NCBI GenBank assembly: GCA_026416095.1 | Contig: JAOAFV010000010.1 | Span: forward strand, 22,896 to 86,895 | DNA length: 64,000 nt | Reading direction: 5' to 3' | Origin: Bacteroidales bacterium | Lineage (GTDB): Bacteria > Bacteroidota > Bacteroidia > Bacteroidales > GWA2-32-17 | In this document: one piece after another, positions 1-9,442 of the stretch | Layout of the letters: the number at the start of each line of letters is the position of its first letter | Numbering within the stretch: position 1 is the first letter of the stretch | Made by a program: the position numbers and the translations under genes | Notes under the pieces: model-generated | Databases searched by the model: none | The model's input: the letters and a program-made list of their open reading frames with translations, nothing else | What the model was told of the DNA's origin: nothing

Positions 1-102
1 TAAATATTTCCCTAATAATTTTGGACATATATTTAATACATCATCCAAGAAAAAATCGCACGATAATATTTTGGGGTTGTTTTTAATTTCTACTGCACTC
101 AT
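1..102 (-). CDS. DNA-3-methyladenine glycosylase (Mpg/AAG family), 5' fragment running off the window edge
   Basis: Own translation of the minus strand from ATG at 102..100 gives MSAVEIKNNPKILSCDFFLDDVLNICPKLLGKYL, open to position 1. The DFF...LLGK.L pattern resembles Mpg-family N-termini. Only 34 codons are visible. Confidence 0.4.
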   Translation of the reverse strand, partial: MSAVEIKNNPKILSCDFFLDDVLNICPKLLGKYL

Positions 103-151
103 TTCTCAATGTAACAAAATTACATAATATAAGTTGTTTTTACAATGTTTT

Positions 152-589
152 TTACCAACATCTGCACTTATTATATTCATTAATTTTATGAGGTGTTTTT
201 ACTTTCTTAAAAAATTTCTTATTGATAATTTTATATATTTCATTTATAGCAAAATTTTCGCAACCTTTACAAATAGGTTCATAGTATAATATATTGTAAC
301 TTTTAGATTTTTTGTTCTTAATTATAAAAAAAATGTATAGATGGTTAATATTTAGAGTTAAGTTGCGAGTGTTGTTAGCTAAAGCCAAAAATTTCTTGTA
401 GGCTTTACCTTTTTGTACTTCTGTAATATCTATATCAACCATAATTTTAGAACTATCGTTAGTGTGTAAAATGTTTTTTACATATCCACAAAAAATATTG
501 TCTGAAACTTTGTATAAATGTTGATAATCATTTTGTGAATATAGATTAGAATATGCTAAGAAAGTTAATATAATTAAAATTTTATTCAA
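152..589 (-). CDS. hypothetical secreted protein
   Basis: 145-aa ORF with an N-terminal hydrophobic signal-like segment (MNKILIILTFLAYSNLYSQ). No recognisable family. Confidence 0.45.
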   Translation of the reverse strand: MNKILIILTFLAYSNLYSQNDYQHLYKVSDNIFCGYVKNILHTNDSSKIMVDIDITEVQKGKAYKKFLALANNTRNLTLNINHLYIFFIIKNKKSKSYNILYYEPICKGCENFAINEIYKIINKKFFKKVKTPHKINEYNKCRCW

Positions 590-690
590 TGTTATAAGTC
601 TATCTTCAATGATAATGACAATAAATTAAAACTCGAAATTAAAAAAAGGTTAAAATAAAATTAAATTTTTATTAACTTAATAATTTGATT

Positions 691-698
691 TAACTTTG
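691..698 (+). promoter_or_regulatory. candidate Bacteroidota -7 promoter box (TAACTTTG, TAnnTTTG type)
   Basis: Exact TAnnTTTG match 48 nt upstream of the 746 start codon, in a divergent intergenic region. Confidence 0.35.
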
Positions 699-745
699 CG
701 AAAGCAAAATTGAACTTATTACCATTTAAAATTTGAGCATTAAGA

Positions 746-2062
746 ATGAGTTTTGCAATACCTCGGAGTTGGTTCCTTGAAAATATAAAAGAACTTTCAA
801 AAAAAGAAAAATACAGTTTATTTTTTACCTATGCGTTAATTATTTTTTATAAAATTACTTTAGATGTTTCATTTTATATATTTGTCCCCAATGTATGGTA
901 TTTAGATAATTTTACACTTGATTTTAATGTTTGCAAATACATTGAATCATATTTTTTGCTTATCGCCACATTTGTTTTCTTACCAAGAAACACAGAGAAA
1001 ATATCAAATGTAGCTACTTTACTCATGTTTTTAATGTCGTATATACCAGCATTGACGGTTTATTCTTTAACTAATCAACCAAGGCTTTTTACTTATGGCA
1101 TTGCTATTTTCTGGGTAGTTTTTTTTATATGCATAAATAAAATTAAGATGGTTGATATACCAACAATTAAAATAAATTCAAAAAAACACTTATATGTTAT
1201 TTTTTTTATTTTTACATTAACAACTTTATTTTATATTTTTAATTTTTTTGGGTTACATTTGAATTTTGATATCTCAAGAGTTTATGAAATCAGACAATTA
1301 TATAAAAAGCATGACATTGCATTAGCTACGTATATTTTTAATTGGACAGCCTATATTATTTTTCCTGTTTTTTTTACTTTCTTTATAATTGAACGCAAAT
1401 GGGTTTTATTAGCTTATGCAATAATTGTTCAGTTTTTAGTATTTTCTATTACAGGTATGAAAAGTTTTATTTTTTCAATAGTGTTTATTTTTTGCTTTTT
1501 ACTTATATTGAAACATAAAAATTTTATAAATCGGCTTATTTCTTTGTTTATTTTTGGAGTTTTATTAGGAATTTTTTCATATTATATATTTGGCGATGTA
1601 TGGATTTCTTCTTTATTCACTCGTAGGACATTATTAAAACCTGCTCATATTTCATACATGTATTATGACTTTTTTTCTAAAAATAGTTTTACCTATTTTT
1701 CTCAACATCATATTTTCAATAAAATTATTTCTTATCCCTATACTTACGAACCTCCTCGTTTAATTGGTAAAGTGTACTTTAATAACAATAATTGCAACGC
1801 AAATAATGGCTTATATGGCGATGCATTCATGAATTTAGGGTTTTGTGGTCTTATAATTTGGCCTTTTTTAATCTCTATTATTTTTTTACTGATTGATAAA
1901 ATATTTCAAAATAAAGAAAAAAAAATTGGAATTATTGCAGTTATAATGCCTGTTTTTACACTAATTAATAGCTCATTATTAACCTGTTTGGTAACACATG
2001 GTATATTGGTATTGTTGTTGATATTATATTTATTTCCGGAGAAAATAAAAAAAGAAACCTAA
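746..2062 (+). CDS. O-antigen/oligosaccharide repeat-unit polymerase (Wzy-like) polytopic membrane protein
   Basis: 438 aa, about 10 or more hydrophobic segments rich in F/I/L/Y, with a large loop. It sits next to a Wzx flippase and glycosyltransferases. Confidence 0.5.
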   Translation: MSFAIPRSWFLENIKELSKKEKYSLFFTYALIIFYKITLDVSFYIFVPNVWYLDNFTLDFNVCKYIESYFLLIATFVFLPRNTEKISNVATLLMFLMSYIPALTVYSLTNQPRLFTYGIAIFWVVFFICINKIKMVDIPTIKINSKKHLYVIFFIFTLTTLFYIFNFFGLHLNFDISRVYEIRQLYKKHDIALATYIFNWTAYIIFPVFFTFFIIERKWVLLAYAIIVQFLVFSITGMKSFIFSIVFIFCFLLILKHKNFINRLISLFIFGVLLGIFSYYIFGDVWISSLFTRRTLLKPAHISYMYYDFFSKNSFTYFSQHHIFNKIISYPYTYEPPRLIGKVYFNNNNCNANNGLYGDAFMNLGFCGLIIWPFLISIIFLLIDKIFQNKEKKIGIIAVIMPVFTLINSSLLTCLVTHGILVLLLILYLFPEKIKKET

Positions 2063-2111
2063 AATAAAAAAGCAGAAGTAGAAAAAAGTTAAAAAATTTT
2101 TAATTAATAAA

Positions 2112-3383
2112 TTATTTTCTTTCTTGAAATATAATTTTTCTATACCAATTTAATAAAACAACGTAGTAAAAAAACATAAAAATACTCATGATAAGCAAAG
2201 AAAAATTAATATTATTATATAATAAGTAACCTGTGATAATTGAGACAATAAGTATACATATACCTGCTACTTTATATAAAAGGAGCTGTTTTTGCTTTCT
2301 ATATACTATTGGAATCGATGAAAACGATGAAGCTATAAAATTAGCGACAACAAATATAATCATATATTGTCCCATTATGCCTGCAACTTTCCAACCCTTG
2401 CCAAAATAAAATTCAGTTATGTAAGGTGCAAATAATAAAGTTAGTATTATTATTACTATACTTATAATTGCAAGAAAAAAAAATATCTTTCTAAGAAAAG
2501 AGTAAATAATTTTATTTTCTTTGTTTTCATTTACCATCTTACTAAGCCATTGGTATTGAACCTGTGTAATAGAGACCGATAATAAACTTAAAGGTGAAAC
2601 AAATAAACGATATATTCTGGAAAAGTAACCAACCTCGTCGGCTCTGTAAAAGTAACTAAATAAAAAAATGATTACTGAAAATATTAGTGTATCTAAAATT
2701 GATATTAAAATATTTATTTTTGGAAAATCAGAATATTTTAACATTACTTCTTTTATTTCGGTTGTTTTTACTTTTATTATGTTTGGATAGTTTTTCTTTA
2801 AAAAAGTAATAATATATACACTTGCATTATATAAGTACGAAACTAAATAACCCACCACTAAACCTATTGGTGTATAAAAATATATGGCAATTAATATACT
2901 TGTTAAATTGTTTACTAATGAATTAATAATTTTATTAATACTTAAAAATGTATATTTCTCTTGTTTAATGAAAAAGTATTCAAATATGTTAAATATTCCA
3001 ACAAATAATATTGTTAATGGAATAATCCAATAATATTTTTCGAATAATTTGTTAGAAAAATAACTTCCTATTTTTCCAGAATAAAACTTTGTTATGAATA
3101 TAGAAGCTGTTGATACTAAAACTAATATTATTAAAGATAAATAAATTACATTGTATGTTTCTTTTGTATCTTTAGTAAGTACTATAGATAACTCGTATCT
3201 AAATGTAGAGAAAATAATAAATATGTTTACAATGCTAATAAATTGTGCATAAAATGCAAAATCTGATGGTGTGTATATTCTTGTAAGTATTGGTTCCGAG
3301 ATTAAAAAAATTATTTGCGCAATTAAGCTACCAAAATATCTTTTTAATGTGTTACTCCAAAATTCTGATTTTATATTAATCAA
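2112..3383 (-). CDS. wzx: polysaccharide flippase (Wzx, MOP superfamily)
   Basis: 423 aa, about 12 predicted TM segments, typical length and topology, in a glycan-locus context. Confidence 0.6.
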   Translation of the reverse strand: MINIKSEFWSNTLKRYFGSLIAQIIFLISEPILTRIYTPSDFAFYAQFISIVNIFIIFSTFRYELSIVLTKDTKETYNVIYLSLIILVLVSTASIFITKFYSGKIGSYFSNKLFEKYYWIIPLTILFVGIFNIFEYFFIKQEKYTFLSINKIINSLVNNLTSILIAIYFYTPIGLVVGYLVSYLYNASVYIITFLKKNYPNIIKVKTTEIKEVMLKYSDFPKINILISILDTLIFSVIIFLFSYFYRADEVGYFSRIYRLFVSPLSLLSVSITQVQYQWLSKMVNENKENKIIYSFLRKIFFFLAIISIVIIILTLLFAPYITEFYFGKGWKVAGIMGQYMIIFVVANFIASSFSSIPIVYRKQKQLLLYKVAGICILIVSIITGYLLYNNINFSLLIMSIFMFFYYVVLLNWYRKIIFQERK

Positions 3384-3450
3384 AATTTTATTATTTTTTG
3401 CAATATTATGTATTAATTTTAGTAAAACATAATATCACATTAATTTTTTT

Positions 3451-3458
3451 TACATTTG
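3451..3458 (+). promoter_or_regulatory. candidate -7 promoter box (TACATTTG)
   Basis: TAnnTTTG match 61 nt upstream of the first gene of the 3520-9436 co-directional gene run. Confidence 0.35.
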
Positions 3459-3519
3459 CAAAACTTTTAAAAATTATTTTTTGAAATTATAAAAGAAAAA
3501 AACAAGTTTAGGAATCGCA

Positions 3520-4641
3520 ATGAAAACAATATGTCATGTTACTACTGTACATTCGGCTTACGACGATAGAATTTATTATAAAGAATGTACTTCATTAAGT
3601 AACTTATACAATGTATATTTAGTTTCACCTAAACCTGAATGCGAAATAAAAAATAATAAAATACACTTAATTACCATAAGAAAATACAATAATCGTTTTT
3701 TTAGAATTCTTTGTGGTGGTTTCATTTCTTTTGTTAAAGTGTTAAAATTAAAACCACATGTTGTTCATTTTCATGATCCTGAATTTATTCCATTTGCTAT
3801 TGTTTTAAAGTTATTTAATTTTAAAATTATTTATGATATTCATGAACTATATTATGCACAAATAAGGTTAAAAAAATGGCTTTATCCTGCCTTTAACATA
3901 ATTTTACAGTATTTATACAACTTATTTGAACGAATTATAGTAAGATATGCAGATGCTGTAATTCTGGCAAGCAGTGGAATGATCGAGTATTATAAAAATA
4001 GATATGCAAGTTGTTATAATAGGAAATTTGAGGTAATTAATAACTTTCCTGACATAAGCCTATTTAAAAGAGTAAATGAAAATAATAGCTTTTCCGATAA
4101 GTTTACACTCATATACACTGGAGGCTTAAGTAAAAATAGAGGAATAGTTGAAATAATCAAAGCACTTGAAGATTTAGACGACGTAAGATTATTGTTGATT
4201 GGTACCTGGGAAAGCGAAGAGTTTCACAATTACTGCAAAAGTTTGAAGGGCTATAAAAATGTAAATTACGAAGGTTTTGTAGAATTCGATAAAGTGCCTT
4301 TATATTTAGCAAAAGCTAATGTAGGAGTTTGTATTTTGCACGATACCGAAAATCATAAAATTTCTATTCCTGTTAAAATCTTAGAATATTTTAGTTATGG
4401 ACTGCCAGTTATTGCTTCTAATTTCGATTTTTGGAAAAAAGTTTTTCAAAATTCTTGTATATATGTAAATTATAACAACATTGAAGAAATAAAAAATGCA
4501 ATAGTAACCCTTAAAATAAATAAAAAAGTTTATAAAGAAAAAAGCGAAAATGCCTTACACTTAGTAAAAAATGAATTAAATTGGGAAAATGAGCAAAAAA
4601 AGTTAATAAATTTGTATAAGAAAGTAACGGGTGAGTTATAA
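3520..4641 (+). CDS. glycosyltransferase family 4 (GT-B)
   Basis: 373 aa. N-terminal MKTICHVTTVH..DDRI and a C-terminal EX7E-like region (KILEYFSYGLPVIAS) are typical of GT4/GT1 enzymes. Confidence 0.7.
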   Translation: MKTICHVTTVHSAYDDRIYYKECTSLSNLYNVYLVSPKPECEIKNNKIHLITIRKYNNRFFRILCGGFISFVKVLKLKPHVVHFHDPEFIPFAIVLKLFNFKIIYDIHELYYAQIRLKKWLYPAFNIILQYLYNLFERIIVRYADAVILASSGMIEYYKNRYASCYNRKFEVINNFPDISLFKRVNENNSFSDKFTLIYTGGLSKNRGIVEIIKALEDLDDVRLLLIGTWESEEFHNYCKSLKGYKNVNYEGFVEFDKVPLYLAKANVGVCILHDTENHKISIPVKILEYFSYGLPVIASNFDFWKKVFQNSCIYVNYNNIEEIKNAIVTLKINKKVYKEKSENALHLVKNELNWENEQKKLINLYKKVTGEL

Positions 4642-5593
4642 AATAGAAATAGCAAATTATAATAATAACCTCGAAAACATAAGCAACAAGTTCTTAATTC
4701 CTCCATCGATATTAAATGAAATATATGGAAATAAAATAAAATTTGTTTTTATTTTAAAAAATTCTGAAACAGTTGCTGTTTTTTGTTTTTATTTAAAAGA
4801 TTATGGAATACTAAAAATAGTTACTCCACCTCCATTCTTATCGTACAACGAATTGCAATTTTTAAATAATAATTTACACACAAAAAATTATCATAAAAAT
4901 AGTTTTATAAAAGAAATATTAACACAAATTGCAGTATTTTTTAAGAAGAATTATAAAATATCAATAATAAAACTAACTTTATCGCCTCAAATAAAAGATA
5001 TGCAGCCCTTTTACTGGGAAAATTATAAGGTTATACCATTTTATACTTATCAAATTGACTTACAAAATCCACTTGACATAATAAAAAGTCACTTTTCTTC
5101 GAAAAAAATCTCTCTCATAAACAAAGCTATTAAAGATAATTTACAAGTAAAAGAAACGTCTACTTCTGAGTTAAAACAAATGGTTTACTTAACTTTTAAA
5201 AGAAAAAATCTTTTAGATAAATTCGAACTATTTCAAAGGTTTGCTGATGTTTTACACGAAAAAAAAATACTAAAAATATTTTCATGTTATAATAACGATA
5301 TTTTACTTGGATCGTGTGCTTTTTTGGAGCATAGCGGTACAGTATATTTTATGTTTAGTGGACATTCCGACATTAACCGGCATCCATCAGTAATTACAAT
5401 AACATTATATTCAGCAATTCAATATTATAAAGACAAAGGATTCAAAATTTTTGATTTTGAAGGTTCAATGTTAAAAGAAGTTGAAATTGGCTTTAGAGAA
5501 TTTGGAGGCGAATTAATACCTTACTATTCAGCTAACTATGCTAATTTGTTTTTGGAAATGCTTCTAAAACTAAAATTAAGGAATAGGTTTTAA
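4631..5593 (+). CDS. FemAB-like / GNAT (Acetyltransf_6, BioF2-like) acyl- or aminoacyl-transferase
   Basis: 320 aa with a GTG start overlapping the upstream stop by 11 nt. The C-terminal FDFEGS....FGG pattern and size fit the FemAB/GNAT-fold family often found in EPS loci. The assignment is weaker than for neighbouring genes. Confidence 0.45.
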   Translation: MSYKIEIANYNNNLENISNKFLIPPSILNEIYGNKIKFVFILKNSETVAVFCFYLKDYGILKIVTPPPFLSYNELQFLNNNLHTKNYHKNSFIKEILTQIAVFFKKNYKISIIKLTLSPQIKDMQPFYWENYKVIPFYTYQIDLQNPLDIIKSHFSSKKISLINKAIKDNLQVKETSTSELKQMVYLTFKRKNLLDKFELFQRFADVLHEKKILKIFSCYNNDILLGSCAFLEHSGTVYFMFSGHSDINRHPSVITITLYSAIQYYKDKGFKIFDFEGSMLKEVEIGFREFGGELIPYYSANYANLFLEMLLKLKLRNRF

Positions 5594-5594
5594 T

Positions 5595-6404
5595 ATGAAA
5601 TTCATTATTTCTCACGATGTTGATCATATAACAGTATTCGAACATTACAAAGACTTAATATTGCCTAAGTTTATTTTAAGGTCATTAATAGAATGCATTT
5701 TTGGCACTGTTTCGGTTAATGAGATAATTTATAGATTCAATGATTTTTTTAAAAATAAATGGAACAATATAGTAGAGCTTGCTGAATTTAACAGTAGTAA
5801 AAATATTAAAACTACTTTCTTTTTAGGAGTTGAGAAGGGTAAAGGAATGTGTTATAGTGAATATTATTGCTCAATTTTTTTTAAATACTTACATAACAAG
5901 GGCTTTCCATGTGGTTTACATGCTGTTAATTATTCTAATAAAACTAAAATGTTAATTGAATTTAATAAATTTAAGAATATTACAAACTTAACTTCTTTTG
6001 GCGTTAGAACTCATTACTTAAAATTAACAGAAAATACATTATTAAACTTTTCCGAAATTGGTTACACTTTCGATTCGTCGGTGTATGGGTTAAAAAATCC
6101 TTATAAAATAGGTAAAATGTGGGAGTTCCCATTATGCCTTATGGATGGCAAAATATTTTATGGCAACAAAAGATTTCAAAATAAAAATATTAAACAAGCA
6201 AAAGAAATAACTTTAAAATTAATTGAAGAAGCAAATAACAGCAATTTAAACTACTTTACAATTTTATTTCACGATAGGTATTTTTCAGATAGTTTTAGAT
6301 CGCTGAAAGAATGGTATATGTGGCTTATTGAATTTTTGCAACATAATAAGTTTAATATTATTACTTTCGAAGAAGCAATAAAAGAAATTGAAAAAGCTAA
6401 CTAA
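5595..6404 (+). CDS. polysaccharide deacetylase-like (NodB-fold-like) protein
   Basis: 269 aa. The N-terminal ISHDVDH motif and later H-containing motifs (GLHAV, RTHY) resemble the carbohydrate esterase/deacetylase fold. Confidence 0.4.
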   Translation: MKFIISHDVDHITVFEHYKDLILPKFILRSLIECIFGTVSVNEIIYRFNDFFKNKWNNIVELAEFNSSKNIKTTFFLGVEKGKGMCYSEYYCSIFFKYLHNKGFPCGLHAVNYSNKTKMLIEFNKFKNITNLTSFGVRTHYLKLTENTLLNFSEIGYTFDSSVYGLKNPYKIGKMWEFPLCLMDGKIFYGNKRFQNKNIKQAKEITLKLIEEANNSNLNYFTILFHDRYFSDSFRSLKEWYMWLIEFLQHNKFNIITFEEAIKEIEKAN

Positions 6405-7606
6405 TGAAAACACTTTGGATAATTAATGAATATGCAGGGTCTCCGTATCATGGCATGGAATTTAGACATTATTATTTGGCAAAGGAGTTACTGAAATATA
6501 ATTACAATGTCTACATTATAACAGCTTCGTTTTCGCATTTATATAAGACATTACCAAAAGTAAAGAACAGATTTACTATCGAAAACATCGATGGTATTAA
6601 ATATGTGTGGATTAAGGTGCCTAAATATTCTTCGTCACGTAGTAAAAAAAGGGTGTTGAAATGGTTTGTTTATACTTTTTCTTTATTTCTTTTACAATTT
6701 AAGAAATTACCTAAACCACATTACATCCTATTATCGCCAATGCAAACAATGCCAATATTACCTTCACTATATTTTAAAAGAAAATTTAAAGCAAAGTTAA
6801 TATTTGAAGTAAAAGACATATGGCCGCTGTCGATAATTGAATTAGGAAATTATTCAGAAAAAAATTTATTTATAAGAATATTGAAATTTTGTGAAAAATT
6901 ATCGTTAAAAAAAAGTGATTTAATTATATCGGTTCTTCCAAATTATGGTGAATACTTAAGAGATGAAGGAATAAATAGAGAATATGTCTACTTGCCAAAT
7001 GGTATAAATGTAGAAGATTTTAATCAACCCGAGCCATTAGATTTTGATATAAAATCTCTCATTGGCGAAAACACATGTATTGCTTATACTGGCACTATTG
7101 GTTTAGCAAATGCATTAGAGCATTTTGTACAAGCAGCAAAAATACTCAGCGATAAAAAAATTTTATTTTTAATAGTTGGAAATGGTGATTTTAAGCAAGA
7201 AATCGAAAAACTTGCAAAAGGATATTCTAATATAAAATTTTTACCACCAGTAAAAAAGAAACAGATACCTACTTTGCTATCGTTTGTTGATGCTTGTTAT
7301 ATTGGACTAAGAAAATGTAATTTATTCAAATATGGAATTTCGCCAAATAAGTTATTCGATTATATGATGGCAGGAAAGCCCATTGTATTTGCCATAAATA
7401 CAAAAAATAGTATAGTCGAACAGGCTAATTGTGGTGTTGTGGTTGAACCAGAAAATTATATTGATATTGCTAATGGAATTATGAAAGTATGTAATTTAAG
7501 CGAAAGTGAAAAAGAAGAATTAAAAAATCGAAGTGTTAATTTTATCTTAAATTATCATACTTACGAAAAAATTGCCAATAATTTTGTAAAGATTTTAGAA
7601 GAATGA
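6404..7606 (+). CDS. glycosyltransferase family 4 (WbuB-like)
   Basis: 400 aa, ATGA start/stop overlap. Motifs: WIINEYAGSPYHGMEFRHYYLAKEL N-terminus and PNKLFDYMMAGKPIVF near the C-terminus. Confidence 0.7.
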   Translation: MKTLWIINEYAGSPYHGMEFRHYYLAKELLKYNYNVYIITASFSHLYKTLPKVKNRFTIENIDGIKYVWIKVPKYSSSRSKKRVLKWFVYTFSLFLLQFKKLPKPHYILLSPMQTMPILPSLYFKRKFKAKLIFEVKDIWPLSIIELGNYSEKNLFIRILKFCEKLSLKKSDLIISVLPNYGEYLRDEGINREYVYLPNGINVEDFNQPEPLDFDIKSLIGENTCIAYTGTIGLANALEHFVQAAKILSDKKILFLIVGNGDFKQEIEKLAKGYSNIKFLPPVKKKQIPTLLSFVDACYIGLRKCNLFKYGISPNKLFDYMMAGKPIVFAINTKNSIVEQANCGVVVEPENYIDIANGIMKVCNLSESEKEELKNRSVNFILNYHTYEKIANNFVKILEE

Positions 7607-8298
7607 ATTGTGTTACACAAAAAATAATAAAAGATATTTTTCAATGGGATGTTGATAATTGGAGTAAAGTTTTAGACCATTGGAAAAAATATTTACCAAA
7701 TGATGTTAGTAATTTTAAAGTATTAGAAATAGGTGCAAGAAATGGTGGATTAAGTTTACTGTTTTCAATTTTGGGAGTAAAAGAAATATTATGCACCGAT
7801 GTTTCTATTGATTATTTAATAGAAGCTAAAAAGTTGCATTCTTCATATAATTTAAAAAATATTTTTTATGAAGAGTTAGATGCTTTAAATATTAATTACC
7901 AAAATTATTTCGATATAATCACATTTAAAAGCGTTGTTGGTGGTGTAAGTTCAAATAATAGGCAAGAATTAAAAACTCTTTTTTTTGCTAATATACATAA
8001 AGCATTAAAGGAAGGAGGATGGTTATTTTTTTGCGAAAATTTAGAAGCAAGCGCCATTCATAAATTTTTTAGAAAAAACTTTACAAAATGGGGAAAAAAT
8101 TGGAATTATATTAAGTATACAGAAATCAACAAATTAATAAAAGAATTTTCTTTTTGTGATATAAGTACATATGGTTTTTTTGGCTGTTTTGGTAGATCAG
8201 AAAAACAAAGAAATTATCTTGCAAAGTTAGATAATTTAATTACTTGTTTTATACCACGTAAATTTAGATACATTTTATCGTGCGTTGCAAGAAAATAA
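7603..8298 (+). CDS. class I SAM-dependent methyltransferase
   Basis: 231 aa. SAM motif I-like VLEIGARNGGLS. 4-nt overlap with the upstream gene. Confidence 0.6.
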   Translation: MNCVTQKIIKDIFQWDVDNWSKVLDHWKKYLPNDVSNFKVLEIGARNGGLSLLFSILGVKEILCTDVSIDYLIEAKKLHSSYNLKNIFYEELDALNINYQNYFDIITFKSVVGGVSSNNRQELKTLFFANIHKALKEGGWLFFCENLEASAIHKFFRKNFTKWGKNWNYIKYTEINKLIKEFSFCDISTYGFFGCFGRSEKQRNYLAKLDNLITCFIPRKFRYILSCVARK

Positions 8299-8308
8299 GA
8301 TTAAAAGT

Positions 8309-9436
8309 ATGAGATTGTTAAATATAGTAGGGGCAAGACCACAAATTATTAAAGCTGCTGCAATAAGTAGAGTTATAAGAACTAAATATTCCGATAAAAT
8401 TGAAGAAATAATAATTCATACTGGTCAGCACTACGATTATATTATGTCCGACATTTTTTTTGAACAAATGGAAATACCACAACCTGCAGAAAATCTTGGA
8501 ATAGGCGATATGTCACATGGTAAAATGACAGCAGAAATGATTAAAAAACTTGAAGAAAGAATTCTTTATTATAATCCAAATATGATTGTTGTATATGGCG
8601 ACACAAATAGTACTTTAGCTACAGCAATAGCTGCAATAAAATATTACTTTCCAATTGCTCATGTAGAAGCTGGTTTAAGATCGTATAATAAAAAAATGCC
8701 AGAAGAAATAAACCGTATTGTATGCGATCATTGCTCGGCGTTATTATTTGTACCAACTAAAACAGCAATAAAAAACTTAATTAATGAGGGCTTTAAATTA
8801 AAATCTAAGCCACCCTATAGCCCCGATAATCCTGGTATTTTTATGGTTGGCGATGTTATGTACGATAACTTTATTTATTATTCTGCAAAAGCCACTAAAA
8901 TTTCCAATTTTTTGCAAAAAAATAATTTACAACCTAATAAATTTGTGCTGGTAACAATACACCGAAATATAAATACAGATAACATTAAAAGAATTGAAGA
9001 GATATTAAGCAAATTACATATTTTATCGGAACACCTTAAACTAAGAATAATTTTCCCAATTCATCCAAGAACAAAGAAAATTATTGAATATAATAATCTT
9101 TTCAAGTATTTAAAGAATATAGATGTTATTGAGCCATTATCTTTTTTTGATATGCTTTGTGCCGAAAATAATGCTGCCCTAATAATTACCGATTCAGGTG
9201 GAGTTCAAAAAGAAGCTTATTTTGCTAAAAAACCATGTGTAGTTATGAGATCCGAAACCGAGTGGGTAGAAATAGTAAAAAGTGGAGCAGCAATGTTGGA
9301 GATTAATGAAAAAGATAAGTTTATAGAAAGTGTTTTAAGGTTTATGAGTAACTCACCTCGAAATTTTCCTGAAATATTTGGGAAAGGCAATGCTGCTGAA
9401 TTAATTTGTAAAATAATTAATGATTTTTCGCAATGA
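8309..9436 (+). CDS. wecB: UDP-N-acetylglucosamine 2-epimerase (non-hydrolysing)
   Basis: MRLLNIVGARPQIIKAA, HTGQHYD, GDTNSTLA, HVEAGLRS, PEEINR and DSGGVQKEA are all canonical WecB motifs. I prefer the ATG at 8309 over the ORF-track TTG at 8285. Confidence 0.9.
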   Translation: MRLLNIVGARPQIIKAAAISRVIRTKYSDKIEEIIIHTGQHYDYIMSDIFFEQMEIPQPAENLGIGDMSHGKMTAEMIKKLEERILYYNPNMIVVYGDTNSTLATAIAAIKYYFPIAHVEAGLRSYNKKMPEEINRIVCDHCSALLFVPTKTAIKNLINEGFKLKSKPPYSPDNPGIFMVGDVMYDNFIYYSAKATKISNFLQKNNLQPNKFVLVTIHRNINTDNIKRIEEILSKLHILSEHLKLRIIFPIHPRTKKIIEYNNLFKYLKNIDVIEPLSFFDMLCAENNAALIITDSGGVQKEAYFAKKPCVVMRSETEWVEIVKSGAAMLEINEKDKFIESVLRFMSNSPRNFPEIFGKGNAAELICKIINDFSQ

Positions 9437-9442
9437 AATGGT

